Origin: Nitrospirota bacterium
GTDB lineage: Bacteria > Nitrospirota > Thermodesulfovibrionia > Thermodesulfovibrionales > JdFR-86
NCBI GenBank assembly: GCA_963721805.1
Contig: CAVRJY010000001.1
Location: 1,483,166-1,547,165, forward strand
Length of the DNA stretch: 64,000 bases
Reading direction: 5' to 3'
Shown here: positions 42,985 through 52,802 of the stretch, one piece after another
Layout of the letters: the number at the start of each line of letters is the position of its first letter
Numbering within the stretch: position 1 is the first letter of the stretch
Notes under the pieces: model-generated
What the model saw: only the letters and a program-made list of their open reading frames with translations
What the model was told of the DNA's origin: nothing
Databases searched by the model: none
Translations under genes and position numbers: made by a program

Positions 42985-44538
42985 CTAAGAGTATTTCAGG
43001 GTATCAGGGTCGATGCCGTACTTCTTGAGCCTGTAGCCGAACTGCCGCGGCGTGATGCCAAGCGCCGTCGCCGCGCGGTGCTGCACGAAGGAGTTCTCTG
43101 ATAGCGCGCGGATCATCCGCTCGCGCTCCAACGTTATGACATCCTCCTTAAGCGAACCGGGATGCGCGTGAGCGTGCTCAGGGGAAGACACACCGTATTC
43201 CTTGTGCGGGAACCCAAGCGGTATGTCCTCGGCGCGGACCGTATCGCCCTCGGTCATGATCACCGCGCGCTCGATCACGTTGGCGAGCTCCCGGATGTTG
43301 CCCGGCCAGCCGTAGCCCTCGAGGGCCTCCATCGCGGGCTCCGAAAACGAGATCCGCTTGCCGTAGTCGTGGCTGAACTTCCCGACGAAGTGCAGCGCCA
43401 GCAGGCGTATGTCCCCGTGGCGCTCCCTCAGCGGCGGCAGCACTATCGGCACCACGTTGAGCCTCCAGTACAGGTCGCTGCGGAACGTCTTGTTGCGCAC
43501 CCCTTCGAGCAGGTCGCGGTTAGTCGCCGCGATGATACGCACGTCAGCGCGCAGCTGCTTCGACGAGCCGACCCTCTCATACGTCCGCTCCTGCAGCACG
43601 CGCAGGAGCTTGGCCTGAAGCTCCACGTCAAGCTCCCCGATCTCGTCGAGAAAAATCGTCCCGCCCTCGGCCATCTCGAACCTTCCTATGCGCCGGGCCG
43701 TGGCGCCCGTAAACGCGCCTTTCTCGCAGCCGAACAGCTCGACCTCAAGCAGGTTCGCCGGAAGCGCAGCGCAGTTGACCGCCACGAACGGCTTGCCCGC
43801 CCTCGGGCTCTGAAAGTGTATAGTGCTCGCGATGAACTCCTTGCCCGTCCCGGTCTCGCCCAACAAAAGCACCGTCGCGCTCGTCGCCGCGACCTTCATC
43901 ACGCTCTTGAGCACCGCCTGAAAACGGTCTGACTCGCCCACCAGGTTCGGCAGGCTGTACCGCGTGCGCAGCTGGGCTCGGAGGTTCTCGTTGTCTCGGT
44001 CCGCACGGCGGTAAGTCCGCCACAACGCGACGAACTGAGCTATGAACGACGACACTATCCCCAGCACGCGGAGGTCGTCGTCCAGCCCGCCGCGCTCATC
44101 GGAGTATATCCGGTCTACGCTCAGCACGCCCATCGCCGCGCCCTTGAGCATGATAGGCACGCAGATGAACGAGATGCCCTTCTTCGTCGGCCTCGACCCG
44201 GTGCGGTTTAAAAACTTCGGCTCGGCCCCGATGTCAGGGATGAACATCGGCTGCCCGCTCTCGATCACCGAGCCCACGATCCCCTCGCCCGCCTTGTATA
44301 TGCCGCGCGAGATCTCATCCCGCGTAAGCCCGTGCGCCGCAACTATCCGAAGCTCGTCCGTCTCCTCGTCTCTGAGGAACACGCACCCGCGCTCCAGATC
44401 GAGCATTATCCCCAGCGTCTCCATCGCCGCCGTCAGGTTCTCCTGCAGGTCGAACGAGCCCGTCAGGACCCGGCTGACCTCCAGCACGGCCTCCAGCTCC
44501 CGGTTGCGGCTCGTTATCAGTCTGTCTTTGGGGTTCAT
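42985..44538 (-). CDS. NifA-like sigma54 activator (GAF-AAA+-HTH)
   Basis: GAF domain; [21 protein letters not shown] and WPGNIREL motifs; C-terminal HTH ([15 protein letters not shown]). Confidence 0.9.
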   Translation of the reverse strand: MNPKDRLITSRNRELEAVLEVSRVLTGSFDLQENLTAAMETLGIMLDLERGCVFLRDEETDELRIVAAHGLTRDEISRGIYKAGEGIVGSVIESGQPMFIPDIGAEPKFLNRTGSRPTKKGISFICVPIMLKGAAMGVLSVDRIYSDERGGLDDDLRVLGIVSSFIAQFVALWRTYRRADRDNENLRAQLRTRYSLPNLVGESDRFQAVLKSVMKVAATSATVLLLGETGTGKEFIASTIHFQSPRAGKPFVAVNCAALPANLLEVELFGCEKGAFTGATARRIGRFEMAEGGTIFLDEIGELDVELQAKLLRVLQERTYERVGSSKQLRADVRIIAATNRDLLEGVRNKTFRSDLYWRLNVVPIVLPPLRERHGDIRLLALHFVGKFSHDYGKRISFSEPAMEALEGYGWPGNIRELANVIERAVIMTEGDTVRAEDIPLGFPHKEYGVSSPEHAHAHPGSLKEDVITLERERMIRALSENSFVQHRAATALGITPRQFGYRLKKYGIDPDTLKYS

Positions 44539-44750
44539 GCTATTCGTCGGCAATCGGTTGCCGATTGCCTTATCTGTAAGATACTACAAAATCGTCACTC
44601 CCTGCAAGTTCAATCTTATACCAGAATGTCTCGGTTGGCCATATATAGGGTGATCGCACAAAATGGCAGCCAAGCGGAAAGCAGCAATAGCGGGAAATTC
44701 AAGAGGGCCGCGACCCAGGACGGGCAGCGACCCTCGATCAGTTCATGACT

Positions 44751-45101
<351 letters not shown>

Positions 45102-45255
45102 TTAATATGCCGAATGGTCTCCATTCAGCCGATGCCAAATTGTAACCGAAATCCCGACAAAAAATACACAATAATGCAAAGCCGCTTATCAACCTGTCTC
45201 GTTGCCATGCCAGGCCCATTCTGATATAGTGAGATAACAAAAAGGGGGATGGCAG

Positions 45256-46761
45256 GTGCTCACGCAGAGCGACGTAATATACTTCATCGTCACCGACAGG
45301 TTCTGCTCGCTCAATCCCCGCGATGGCGCCGGGGTCGAACCCGGCAACCCCTACGCATACCATGGCGGCAATTTCGAGGGCGTGCTCAGCAAGATCCCGT
45401 ACCTCCGAAACCTCGGCGTGACCGCGCTCTGGCTCACCCCGGTCTATACCAACATCCAGACCCCCGTAAACGGGATGTGGGGATACCACGGCTACTGGCC
45501 GCTGGATTTCGAGAGCGTGGACCCTCACCTCTACAGCCCGGTCGAGGGCGTCCCGGAGGGCAGCAAGCTCTACTTCAAGCGCCTCGTCGACGAGCTGCAC
45601 GCCGCCGGGATCAAGGTCATACAGGACATGGTCGTAAACCATGCGGGGTATAACCACCCCGGCCTCAGGGACGATCCGGGCACGCCGATCAAGTCCTGGT
45701 GGTTCAACCCCGCCTCGGCCACGTGCGAGACCGAGTGCAGGCTCTCGGGCCTGCCTGACCTCGACCAGGACAGGATCGAGGTCGCGGACTACACTATCGG
45801 CGTGATCATGGACTGGATCGAACAGACGGGTGTGGACTGCATCCGCATGGACACGGCCAAGAACGTCGAGCGCGTGTTCTGGAAATATTACAAGACCTAC
45901 GTCAAGGGCCGCTACCCGGACGTATCGCTGCTGGGCGAGGTGCTCGACTGGGACATAGACGTGATCTCGAGCTTCCAGCGGTTCTACGCCTTCGACTCGC
46001 TCTTCGACTTCCCGCTGCAGCGGGCGATGCAGCAGGTCTTCGTGGATGACGCGAGCCTCCGTCTCCTGGCCTCGCCGATGCTCTCGCCCGAGGACGCGCC
46101 GGGCATCCTCGACCGCGACACCCACTACACCAACCACAACCGCCTCGTCACGATGCTCGACAACCACGACCTCCCTTCGCGCTTCATGACCTCGGCCCTC
46201 AACCGCCTGGGCTTCGTGCACTCAAACGCGGTGCGCACGTACAAGCTCGCGCTCTCGTTCCTGCTGACGATGCGCGGCATACCCCAGCTCTACTACGGCG
46301 ACGAGATCGGGCTCGAGGGCGGCGCTGACCCCGACAACCGCCGCGACATGCCTTGGGGGAAGTTCAGCCCGAATCTCGAGCCGACTAACGGCTACTCCTC
46401 CGAGCGCGAGATCTTCCTGCACACGAAAGAGCTCATCCGCATCAGGCGCGGCCACCCGGCCCTGATGTTCGGCAACCTCACCACGCTGTACGTCGACGAC
46501 CTCGCATACGTCTACTTGCGCGATTGGGGCGACGACGTCCTGATCGTCGCGATCAACAACGGCTACCTCCCGATGCAGACGCCGCTGCTCGCCGCGGTGG
46601 ACATCAACCCTGCTATACCGCCCCGGATCAAGGCCCTGCTCAGGGGCAGGGCGCTGCGTGACCTGCTCAATCCCGGGCGGCCGCGGACGCGCGTAATGGA
46701 CGGCCTCATCCCGGTCGAGCTCGAGGGGAAGACCGCCGCGATATTCTCGCCCGAGGCCTGA
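45256..46761 (+). CDS. GH13 alpha-amylase family glycoside hydrolase
   Basis: DRF, GYHGYW, DMVVNH, RMDTAK, GE, DNHD and YYGDE motifs. Confidence 0.9.
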   Translation: MLTQSDVIYFIVTDRFCSLNPRDGAGVEPGNPYAYHGGNFEGVLSKIPYLRNLGVTALWLTPVYTNIQTPVNGMWGYHGYWPLDFESVDPHLYSPVEGVPEGSKLYFKRLVDELHAAGIKVIQDMVVNHAGYNHPGLRDDPGTPIKSWWFNPASATCETECRLSGLPDLDQDRIEVADYTIGVIMDWIEQTGVDCIRMDTAKNVERVFWKYYKTYVKGRYPDVSLLGEVLDWDIDVISSFQRFYAFDSLFDFPLQRAMQQVFVDDASLRLLASPMLSPEDAPGILDRDTHYTNHNRLVTMLDNHDLPSRFMTSALNRLGFVHSNAVRTYKLALSFLLTMRGIPQLYYGDEIGLEGGADPDNRRDMPWGKFSPNLEPTNGYSSEREIFLHTKELIRIRRGHPALMFGNLTTLYVDDLAYVYLRDWGDDVLIVAINNGYLPMQTPLLAAVDINPAIPPRIKALLRGRALRDLLNPGRPRTRVMDGLIPVELEGKTAAIFSPEA

Positions 46762-46801
46762 GCGGTCTCTTATGCTAGAATTTATATATGGAGATTGCTG
46801 A

Positions 46802-47638
46802 ATGCTGAAGCTCAGAGACGGCGTGGTCGAACTGTACCGCAAGGCCGCGACCTCGCTCCCGCCTGACGTCGAGGCCGCGCTGCGGGCAGCGTACGAGTCC
46901 GAGGCAGAGGGCTCAAACGCGCGCGCCGCGATCACGCAGTACCTGGAGGAGATCACAAGCTCCCGCGAGGGCAAGGTCCCGCTATGCATGGGCAGCGGGT
47001 TTCCGGTATTCCTCGTAAAGGCCCCGAAGGGCCTGAGCCAGAAGGAGCTCACCGAGACGCTGATCGAGGCCACGCGCATCGCTACGCTCAAGATCCCGCT
47101 TAGCCAAAGCGCGGTCAACATCATCACGAACGTCAACACCGGCGACAACACCGGCACCGGGTTCCCGCGCATCGTGTTCGAGGAGTCCCCAAACCAGACG
47201 CTCACTATTGAGCTGCTTCTGGAGAGCGCGGCCTCAGACACCATGGGCCGCACCTACGCCCTCCCCTCGCCCGAGATCGGGGCCAATGCAGATTTCGACG
47301 CGGTCGAGAAATGCGTGATCCACGCGCTTCGCAACTCCGGCATGAAGGCCTGCCCGCCTTATATCATAGGGGTCGGCATCGGTGGCTCGCGCGAGCAGGT
47401 CACCGCGCTGAGCAAGCTCCAGCTCCGCCGAAGGCTGCAAGACAAAAACCCCGACCCCGCGCTCGCGGCGCTCGAAGACCGCACGCTCGGCGCTGTAAAC
47501 GCCATCGCCCCGGAGGGCGACCGCAAGGTCATCGCGCTGGGGGTGAAGATTGGGGCAGGACATAGGCAGCCCACGGCGTACCTCGTCGACGTGGCCATTT
47601 CCTGCTGGGCTACACGACGTGCGAAATTGATTTGGTAG
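46802..47638 (+). CDS. Fe-S hydro-lyase alpha subunit-like (fumarate/tartrate family), divergent
   Basis: LPPDV, PLCMGSG (for PxCQDTG), NTGDN, CPPYIIGVGIGG and CWATRR motifs. Confidence 0.8.
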   Translation: MLKLRDGVVELYRKAATSLPPDVEAALRAAYESEAEGSNARAAITQYLEEITSSREGKVPLCMGSGFPVFLVKAPKGLSQKELTETLIEATRIATLKIPLSQSAVNIITNVNTGDNTGTGFPRIVFEESPNQTLTIELLLESAASDTMGRTYALPSPEIGANADFDAVEKCVIHALRNSGMKACPPYIIGVGIGGSREQVTALSKLQLRRRLQDKNPDPALAALEDRTLGAVNAIAPEGDRKVIALGVKIGAGHRQPTAYLVDVAISCWATRRAKLIW

Positions 47639-47647
47639 CCTTCTTTG

Positions 47648-47771
47648 AAAGCGATCGAAATCGCGTGATACGTTGTCACGGCTTCGAAGACACGCCCTCG
47701 GAGTACGTCTCAGTACACCGTCGGGCGGTCTTCTCACCGTTCCTAGTCTGACGCTGATTTCGGCTCGCTTT
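47648..47771 (-). repeat. ~120-bp palindromic repeat, copy A
   Basis: AAAGCG...CGCTTT termini; CAGACwAGG, GTGTAC..GTAC and GTATC shared with copies B-D. Confidence 0.8.
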
Positions 47772-47821
47772 GCGAAGTGCGCGGCCCAGCCGCTGCCTCC
47801 GCGCCTCGCGGTCAAAAGCAT

Positions 47822-47998
47822 GTTCTGATGCCCCCGCTTAGGCATACATACGCATACCGCGCGCGCGTTTTCTTTTATGTGTTCGGATGTTTGGGACAAT
47901 AATTGGACTAACCCTCTGGAATAATATTGTTTTTCTGAGTCCATTCCTGTTCGGATGTTCGGATGTTTTACCCGTAAATTCCTTTGTTAGTTCGGATG
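47822..47998 (+). repeat. Iteron-like GTTCGGATG direct repeats
   Basis: Exact copies at 47881, 47949, 47957 and 47990; variant GTTCTGATG at 47822. Confidence 0.65.
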
Positions 47999-48198
47999 CC
48001 GCTGAGCGCCGGCGCGGCCTCCTTCGCCCCCTGCCCCGCCCATCAGATATGAATCTATCTTGCTCATCGCACCACTATACACCAAGAAACACCAAACTTT
48101 GGTTTATATATAAACCAAAGGCTATAGGAAAATTTCATCACCGTGCGTTTTCTATTAACTTACGATTAACTATAGTTAGTGAACCCATATGTGAAGCC

Positions 48199-48231
48199 TT
48201 GACTCCTGACCTAAATATGGACTATATTTAG
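48199..48231 (+). promoter_or_regulatory. Toxin-antitoxin promoter and operator
   Basis: TTGACT-N18-TATATT with palindrome CTAAATAT-N5-ATATTTAG over the -10. Confidence 0.7.
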
Positions 48232-48245
48232 CCTTGGAGGAAAAC

Positions 48246-48515
48246 ATGAAACTATCCGAGCAGATAAAGCCGATCAGCTACCTTAAAACCCATATCGCGG
48301 ATATAGTTCGCGACCTTGGCAAGCGGCACGACTCTCTGGTGATAACCCAAAACGGCGAGGCCAAGGCCGTGATTCAGGACATCGCCAGCTATGAGCAGAC
48401 ACAGGAAACCATGGCCCTGCTTAAAATCCTCGCCCTCGGCAATCGCCAGATAGAGGAGGGCAAAGTAGAATCCGCCGCTGATGTGATAAAGCGTATCCGC
48501 GCGGGCCGGGCCTGA
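48246..48515 (+). CDS. Phd/YefM family antitoxin
   Basis: IKPISYLK, LVITQNGEAKAV motifs; GGAGG RBS. Confidence 0.9.
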   Translation: MKLSEQIKPISYLKTHIADIVRDLGKRHDSLVITQNGEAKAVIQDIASYEQTQETMALLKILALGNRQIEEGKVESAADVIKRIRAGRA

Positions 48516-48841
48516 TGGGCCTTCAGGTCCTCCTGACCGCCGATGCAGCGAGCGACCTAAGCGAACTTTATGATTATATAGCCTCGCACGATGCCCCGCG
48601 CAAGGCCGATCAGGTACTGGATAAGATAGAGGATAGCTTCAACAGCCTGTCGGAATCTCCCCTGCGCGGATCGTATCCCAAGGAGCTCCTTGCCCTCGGC
48701 ATACGCGAATACCGGGAGGTGTTCTTCAAGCCATACCGGATTATCTATCGGGTTGCAGACAAAAAGGTCTATATCGTCCTGATCGCCGATGGCCGCCGCG
48801 ATATGCAGACATTGCTTCAGCGCAGACTCCTCGAAGACTGA
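48515..48841 (+). CDS. RelE/ParE family toxin
   Basis: A.SDL.ELYDYI, PLRG, YRIIYRV and DGRRD motifs; coupled to the antitoxin. Confidence 0.9.
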   Translation: MGLQVLLTADAASDLSELYDYIASHDAPRKADQVLDKIEDSFNSLSESPLRGSYPKELLALGIREYREVFFKPYRIIYRVADKKVYIVLIADGRRDMQTLLQRRLLED

Positions 48842-48948
48842 GCACGGGGGTAGCGGGCATTCATCCCCTTCCTTGGAGGCCGGGAGCAGCAGCAGGCGGG
48901 TCTCAATTAAGCCGTTGACCGCTCGCACGATTATGCATAGGCCGCATT

Positions 48949-49068
48949 AAAGCGAGCGAAATTTCGGCAGACAAGGAACCGGGCGAAAAACGACCGGAGG
49001 CGTACTGAACGTACGTTGAGGATCGTTTTTTGAACGGTGACGCAGTATCCCGGAATTGCAGCCGCTTT
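48949..49068 (+). repeat. ~120-bp palindromic repeat, copy B
   Basis: AAAGCGAGC..CAGACAAGGAAC..GCGTAC-TGAAC-GTACGT..GACGCAGTATC..CGCTTT. Confidence 0.8.
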
Positions 49069-49089
49069 CCAGAGAGCTAACGGAAGAGC

Positions 49090-49512
49090 TTACTTTACTA
49101 CTAGCACCGCGCATGGCGAGTGGTCGACTACGCGGGCGGATACGCTGCCGAGCAGAAACTTCCTTGCCCCGTGCCTGCCGTGCGAGCCGACGACCAGCAG
49201 GTCGATCTTCATCTTGCGCGCAGTCTCGATGATGATGTCCTGCACCGGGCCCTGCCGCACTATCGTCTTTATCTCGAGGTTCGTCTTCCCCGCGACCTTC
49301 GTGCGTATCGCATCCATCTGCGCCTTGGTCTCGCGCTCCAGGGAGTCCGTGATGCGCTGCCGCTCCGCGTCAGAGAGTTCCGTCAGGTACAGCTCAGGCA
49401 CCACTCCGAGCACCGAGAGCGAGGACTGAAACTTAATCGCGATATCTATGGCCTTCCTGAGGGCCTTGTCGGATGCCTTGGAACCGTCATGAGCTACCAG
49501 AATCTTCTTCAT
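49090..49512 (-). CDS. Universal stress protein
   Basis: KKILVAHDGS, DLLVVGSHG and LLGSVS motifs. Confidence 0.92.
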   Translation of the reverse strand: MKKILVAHDGSKASDKALRKAIDIAIKFQSSLSVLGVVPELYLTELSDAERQRITDSLERETKAQMDAIRTKVAGKTNLEIKTIVRQGPVQDIIIETARKMKIDLLVVGSHGRHGARKFLLGSVSARVVDHSPCAVLVVK

Positions 49513-49659
49513 AGTGTCGAGCTCTCCGTCAGCCGTATTTTCAGACTAAGTGATATTGTAGCACCAGCGGGGAGATAAGGCCACGCATTTTTTATCTTCT
49601 GCTTCTGCGCCTTCGGTGATATAATCTCAGCAAGACACCTAACGCAAGGGGGACATGAG

Positions 49660-50223
49660 ATGAAGACCGCGCTTTTGATAGCCGCCCTGCTGGCCGCAGC
49701 GCCGTCGGCGGCCCTCGCTGCGGACGTATACGTCAAGGACCGCTCGCCGATGTTTCAGGTCACGCCCGGCTCGGTCTACCACTACTACGTGAGCCCCGAT
49801 GAGCTCCCCCCGAGCGCCCGCTTCACGCCCGACTTCATCACCGCGATGTTTGTGGACGGCGCGAAGGCCGTCTCGCGCAAGGACGCCGATGCCGCCGTAC
49901 GCCACATGCTGCCGGACGCCAAGGTAGTAGTAGCCGAGCAGCCCCGCGAGGAGGAGAAGGACTTCTCCTCGCCCAGGGAATACGCCGACTACCTGAAGGC
50001 CAGGTGGAAAGGGGCATCGAGGGTAAGGTGCAGGATCGAGGAGGCCGGTGTCGTGATCGCTGACGACGGCCAGAGCGCGATGTTCAAGGCGAAGTTCATC
50101 AAGTCGTACTCGGTCAAGGGCAGGAGGGTCATAAACAGGTCATTGATCATGGCCGACGTCAAAAACACCCCGGACGGACCGATGATCGCGAAGATGGTCT
50201 TCAGGCGGATGGGCGGGAAATAA
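49660..50223 (+). CDS. Hypothetical secreted protein
   Basis: Signal peptide ending AALA; GGGGA RBS; host-like codon usage. Confidence 0.7.
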   Translation: MKTALLIAALLAAAPSAALAADVYVKDRSPMFQVTPGSVYHYYVSPDELPPSARFTPDFITAMFVDGAKAVSRKDADAAVRHMLPDAKVVVAEQPREEEKDFSSPREYADYLKARWKGASRVRCRIEEAGVVIADDGQSAMFKAKFIKSYSVKGRRVINRSLIMADVKNTPDGPMIAKMVFRRMGGK

Positions 50224-50228
50224 GCGGA

Positions 50229-51221
50229 CTAGGCCGCCGGGAATAAAAAAAGCATGCCCCGGCACAGCAGCCACGAAAGCATGATGCAGATCGGCAGTGT
50301 GAATATCCACGCCAGCACTATGCTGCGCGCCACGCCCCACCGCACGGCCGAGAACCGCTTCGTGGCCCCCACGCCCATTATCGAGCACGCCTTGACGTGA
50401 GTAGTGCTCACCGGCATGCCGAAGAACGTCGCGCCGAAGATGACGCCCGTGGCCGCGATCTCGGACATGAAACCCTGCACCGGCTCCATCTTGAAGATCC
50501 CGACGCCCATGGTCCTGATCACTCGCCAGCCGCCCATCGCCGTGCCGGTTCCCATCGCAATGGCGCACATCACCATGACCCAGAACGGGACCTCGAGCGA
50601 GTGGAGGTAGCCGCCGCTGAACAGCGAGAGAGTGATGATGCCCATGGCCTTCTGCGCGTCGTTTGAGCCGTGGCTCAGGGCCATCAGGGCGGCCGAGAAT
50701 ATCTGGAGCCGGCCGAAGTGTTTGTTGAGCGTAGAGGCCGGGTAAGTCCCAAAGGTCCTAAGGAGCGCGTACATCAGGACATAGCCAGCGAGCAGCCCCA
50801 GTATGGGCGAGGTCGTGAGGGCCACCAGGATCTCGCCGATCCCTTTTAGATTGAGCACCCCGAAGCCCTTGTACGCAACCGAGGCCCCGATCAGGCCCCC
50901 TATCAGCGCGTGCGAGGAGCTTACGGGCATGCCGATCGTGATCGTCCAGGTGTTCCACAGTATCGCTGCGAAAAGGGCGGCCAGCACGACGGTGTCGGTT
51001 ATGGCCTTCGGGTCGACGATGCCCTTGCCTATGGTCTTGGCGACCGCGGTGAACAGCAGTGCTCCTACGACGTTCATCACCGCGGCGAGCACGACGGCCT
51101 TCATCGGGGTCAGGACGCGCGTCGAGACTACGGTTGCTATGGCGTTTGCCGTATCGTGCCACCCGTTGCTGATATCGAATAGCAGGGCGACCGCGATCGT
51201 GAGGATTACTATTTCATGCAT
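50229..51221 (-). CDS. Inorganic phosphate transporter (PiT family)
   Basis: NGWHDTANAIAT, PVSSSH, HGSNDAQK and PVSTTH motifs. Confidence 0.93.
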   Translation of the reverse strand: MHEIVILTIAVALLFDISNGWHDTANAIATVVSTRVLTPMKAVVLAAVMNVVGALLFTAVAKTIGKGIVDPKAITDTVVLAALFAAILWNTWTITIGMPVSSSHALIGGLIGASVAYKGFGVLNLKGIGEILVALTTSPILGLLAGYVLMYALLRTFGTYPASTLNKHFGRLQIFSAALMALSHGSNDAQKAMGIITLSLFSGGYLHSLEVPFWVMVMCAIAMGTGTAMGGWRVIRTMGVGIFKMEPVQGFMSEIAATGVIFGATFFGMPVSTTHVKACSIMGVGATKRFSAVRWGVARSIVLAWIFTLPICIMLSWLLCRGMLFLFPAA

Positions 51222-51834
51222 GCTTAAGGACGATGCCTTCGAGAATGTTCGCTATGTCCTCGCACTTGTCGGCCGCGTCTTCGAGGTGCTCGTAGAGGTT
51301 CTTCCACTTGATGATCATCGTGGGCTTGTCGTTGAAATCGTCGAACAGCTCGCCAAGGGCGTTTCTGAATATGCGGTCGATCTTGTTTTCCATCTCGTTG
51401 ATCTCGATGCAGTATTCCTTGACGTGGGCGTAGTCCTTGGTCTCAAGTTCCTTAAATGCCCTCTGGATGGCGTGCGTGGTGTCGTGGAGTTCCTTCGCGA
51501 GGTATACCGCCTCCTTCGTGGGGGCCTCGATCCGAAACACGATCATCTTGTCCACGCAGGCCCATACGAGGTCCACGACGTCGTCTATGCGCGAGGCCAG
51601 CATGTGTATGTCCTCGCGGTCCAGGGGCGTCAGGAAGGTCTTGTTGAGGTTGCGTATGATGTCGTGGGTGATCATGTCACCCTCCTGCTCGAGGTCGTGG
51701 ATCTCCTGCACGATCTCCTCGGCCCTGCTGAAGTCCTCCACGAGGACTACGAGCCTCTCGGTGGTCTTGTTTGCGTTGTTGACGGCCTTGTCCAGCAGCG
51801 CAAAAAAGTCTATCTTCGCCGGGAAAAATTGCAT
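51214..51834 (-). CDS. DUF47/PhoU-like phosphate transport regulator
   Basis: LEQEGD, TFLTPLDREDI and EDAADKCED motifs; upstream of the PiT gene. Confidence 0.92.
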   Translation of the reverse strand: MQFFPAKIDFFALLDKAVNNANKTTERLVVLVEDFSRAEEIVQEIHDLEQEGDMITHDIIRNLNKTFLTPLDREDIHMLASRIDDVVDLVWACVDKMIVFRIEAPTKEAVYLAKELHDTTHAIQRAFKELETKDYAHVKEYCIEINEMENKIDRIFRNALGELFDDFNDKPTMIIKWKNLYEHLEDAADKCEDIANILEGIVLKHA

Positions 51835-51963
51835 GGTGTGAATATTATACCATTGCATGCCTAATATTCAAATCTGATTGTCCGCCGGGCCTGCGGGCGC
51901 GGGTTGCTTTGATATCGGCCGGCGGGTTTTGCTATACTAACCCCTCGCGAGAAGTGGCCTGTA

Positions 51964-52037
51964 GGCGGCGTAGCTCAGTCGGTCAGAGCATGCGGCTCAT
52001 ATCCGCAGTGTCCGGGGTTCAAATCCCTGCGCCGCCA
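51964..52037 (+). tRNA. tRNA-Met(CAT), elongator type; CCA not encoded
   Basis: GGCGGCG/CGCCGCC acceptor stem; TGCGG-CTCATAT-CCGCA anticodon arm. Confidence 0.9.
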
Positions 52038-52273
52038 TATTCTTCTTGCCACGACGCGGCTCGGTGATTTTTCCGGCCAGCATGCCCGCCATCTGACAGC
52101 AAACCCATCGCAGCCATCTTCGCTACCACGCTCAGTCCTAGCCCAATGTCAAATTACAGCATACATTTTGCCTTCATTTTTTGTTAATATAGCAGCTTAT
52201 AATTTGCGCTATAGCTGGCAGCCAATAGACCGCTTAATCGGTCGCGGCAAACCAATATCTTTGAGGTGACGAC

Positions 52274-52492
52274 ATGAAGTGCTGGGAGTTCAAGAAATGC
52301 GGACGCGAAAAGGGCGGCGCGAAGGAAAAGGAACTGGGCGCATGCCCCGCGTATCCGGCCACGGGAAACAAGTGCGCGAGGACCACTGGCACGCTGTGCG
52401 GGAACAAGGTGCAGGGTACCTTCGCGATGAAGCTTGCAAGCTGCATGTCATGCGACTTCTATAAGAGCCCTTATTACGACAAGTCCGTCTAG
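52274..52492 (+). CDS. Small Cys-rich two-CW-domain-like protein, paralog 1
   Basis: CWEFKKCGRE..CPAYP..CAR..GTLCG.KVQG.FA..CMSCDFY; GAGGT RBS. Confidence 0.8.
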   Translation: MKCWEFKKCGREKGGAKEKELGACPAYPATGNKCARTTGTLCGNKVQGTFAMKLASCMSCDFYKSPYYDKSV

Positions 52493-52515
52493 GGCCGGCA
52501 CTGCGAAGGGTAACC

Positions 52516-52743
52516 ATGAATTGCTGGGAGTTTAAGAAATGCGGACGCGAGCGCAACGGGAAGCTTGAAGGCGAGCACGGCGTATGCCCGGCATATCCCA
52601 ATGACGGCCATAGGTGCGCTCGCGTGGCAGGCACGTACTGCGGCGGCAAGGTCCAGGGCTCTTTCGCACGAAAGATCCTCGACTGCATGAAGTGCAATTT
52701 CTACTTGAGCGAACACTACGACACGGGCTACAGAAACCTATAG
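52516..52743 (+). CDS. Small Cys-rich two-CW-domain-like protein, paralog 2
   Basis: Same 7-Cys pattern as paralog 1. Confidence 0.8.
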   Translation: MNCWEFKKCGRERNGKLEGEHGVCPAYPNDGHRCARVAGTYCGGKVQGSFARKILDCMKCNFYLSEHYDTGYRNL

Positions 52744-52802
52744 CTTCAGCTCGGCCGCGCAAGCGATATGCCAATCCCCCCGGCCTTGCAATTCGAGTTA
52801 CT

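Noticed and set aside
45121..45140. Sigma54 promoter upstream of glnK (TTGGCAT on the minus strand)
   Set aside because: The -24 element is good but there is no GC at -12 (TGGCATCGGCTGAAT)
47640..49080. CRISPR array or integron cassette array
   Set aside because: The repeats are neither regularly spaced nor attC-like (no RYYYAAC/GTTRRRY ends seen); no cas or intI gene
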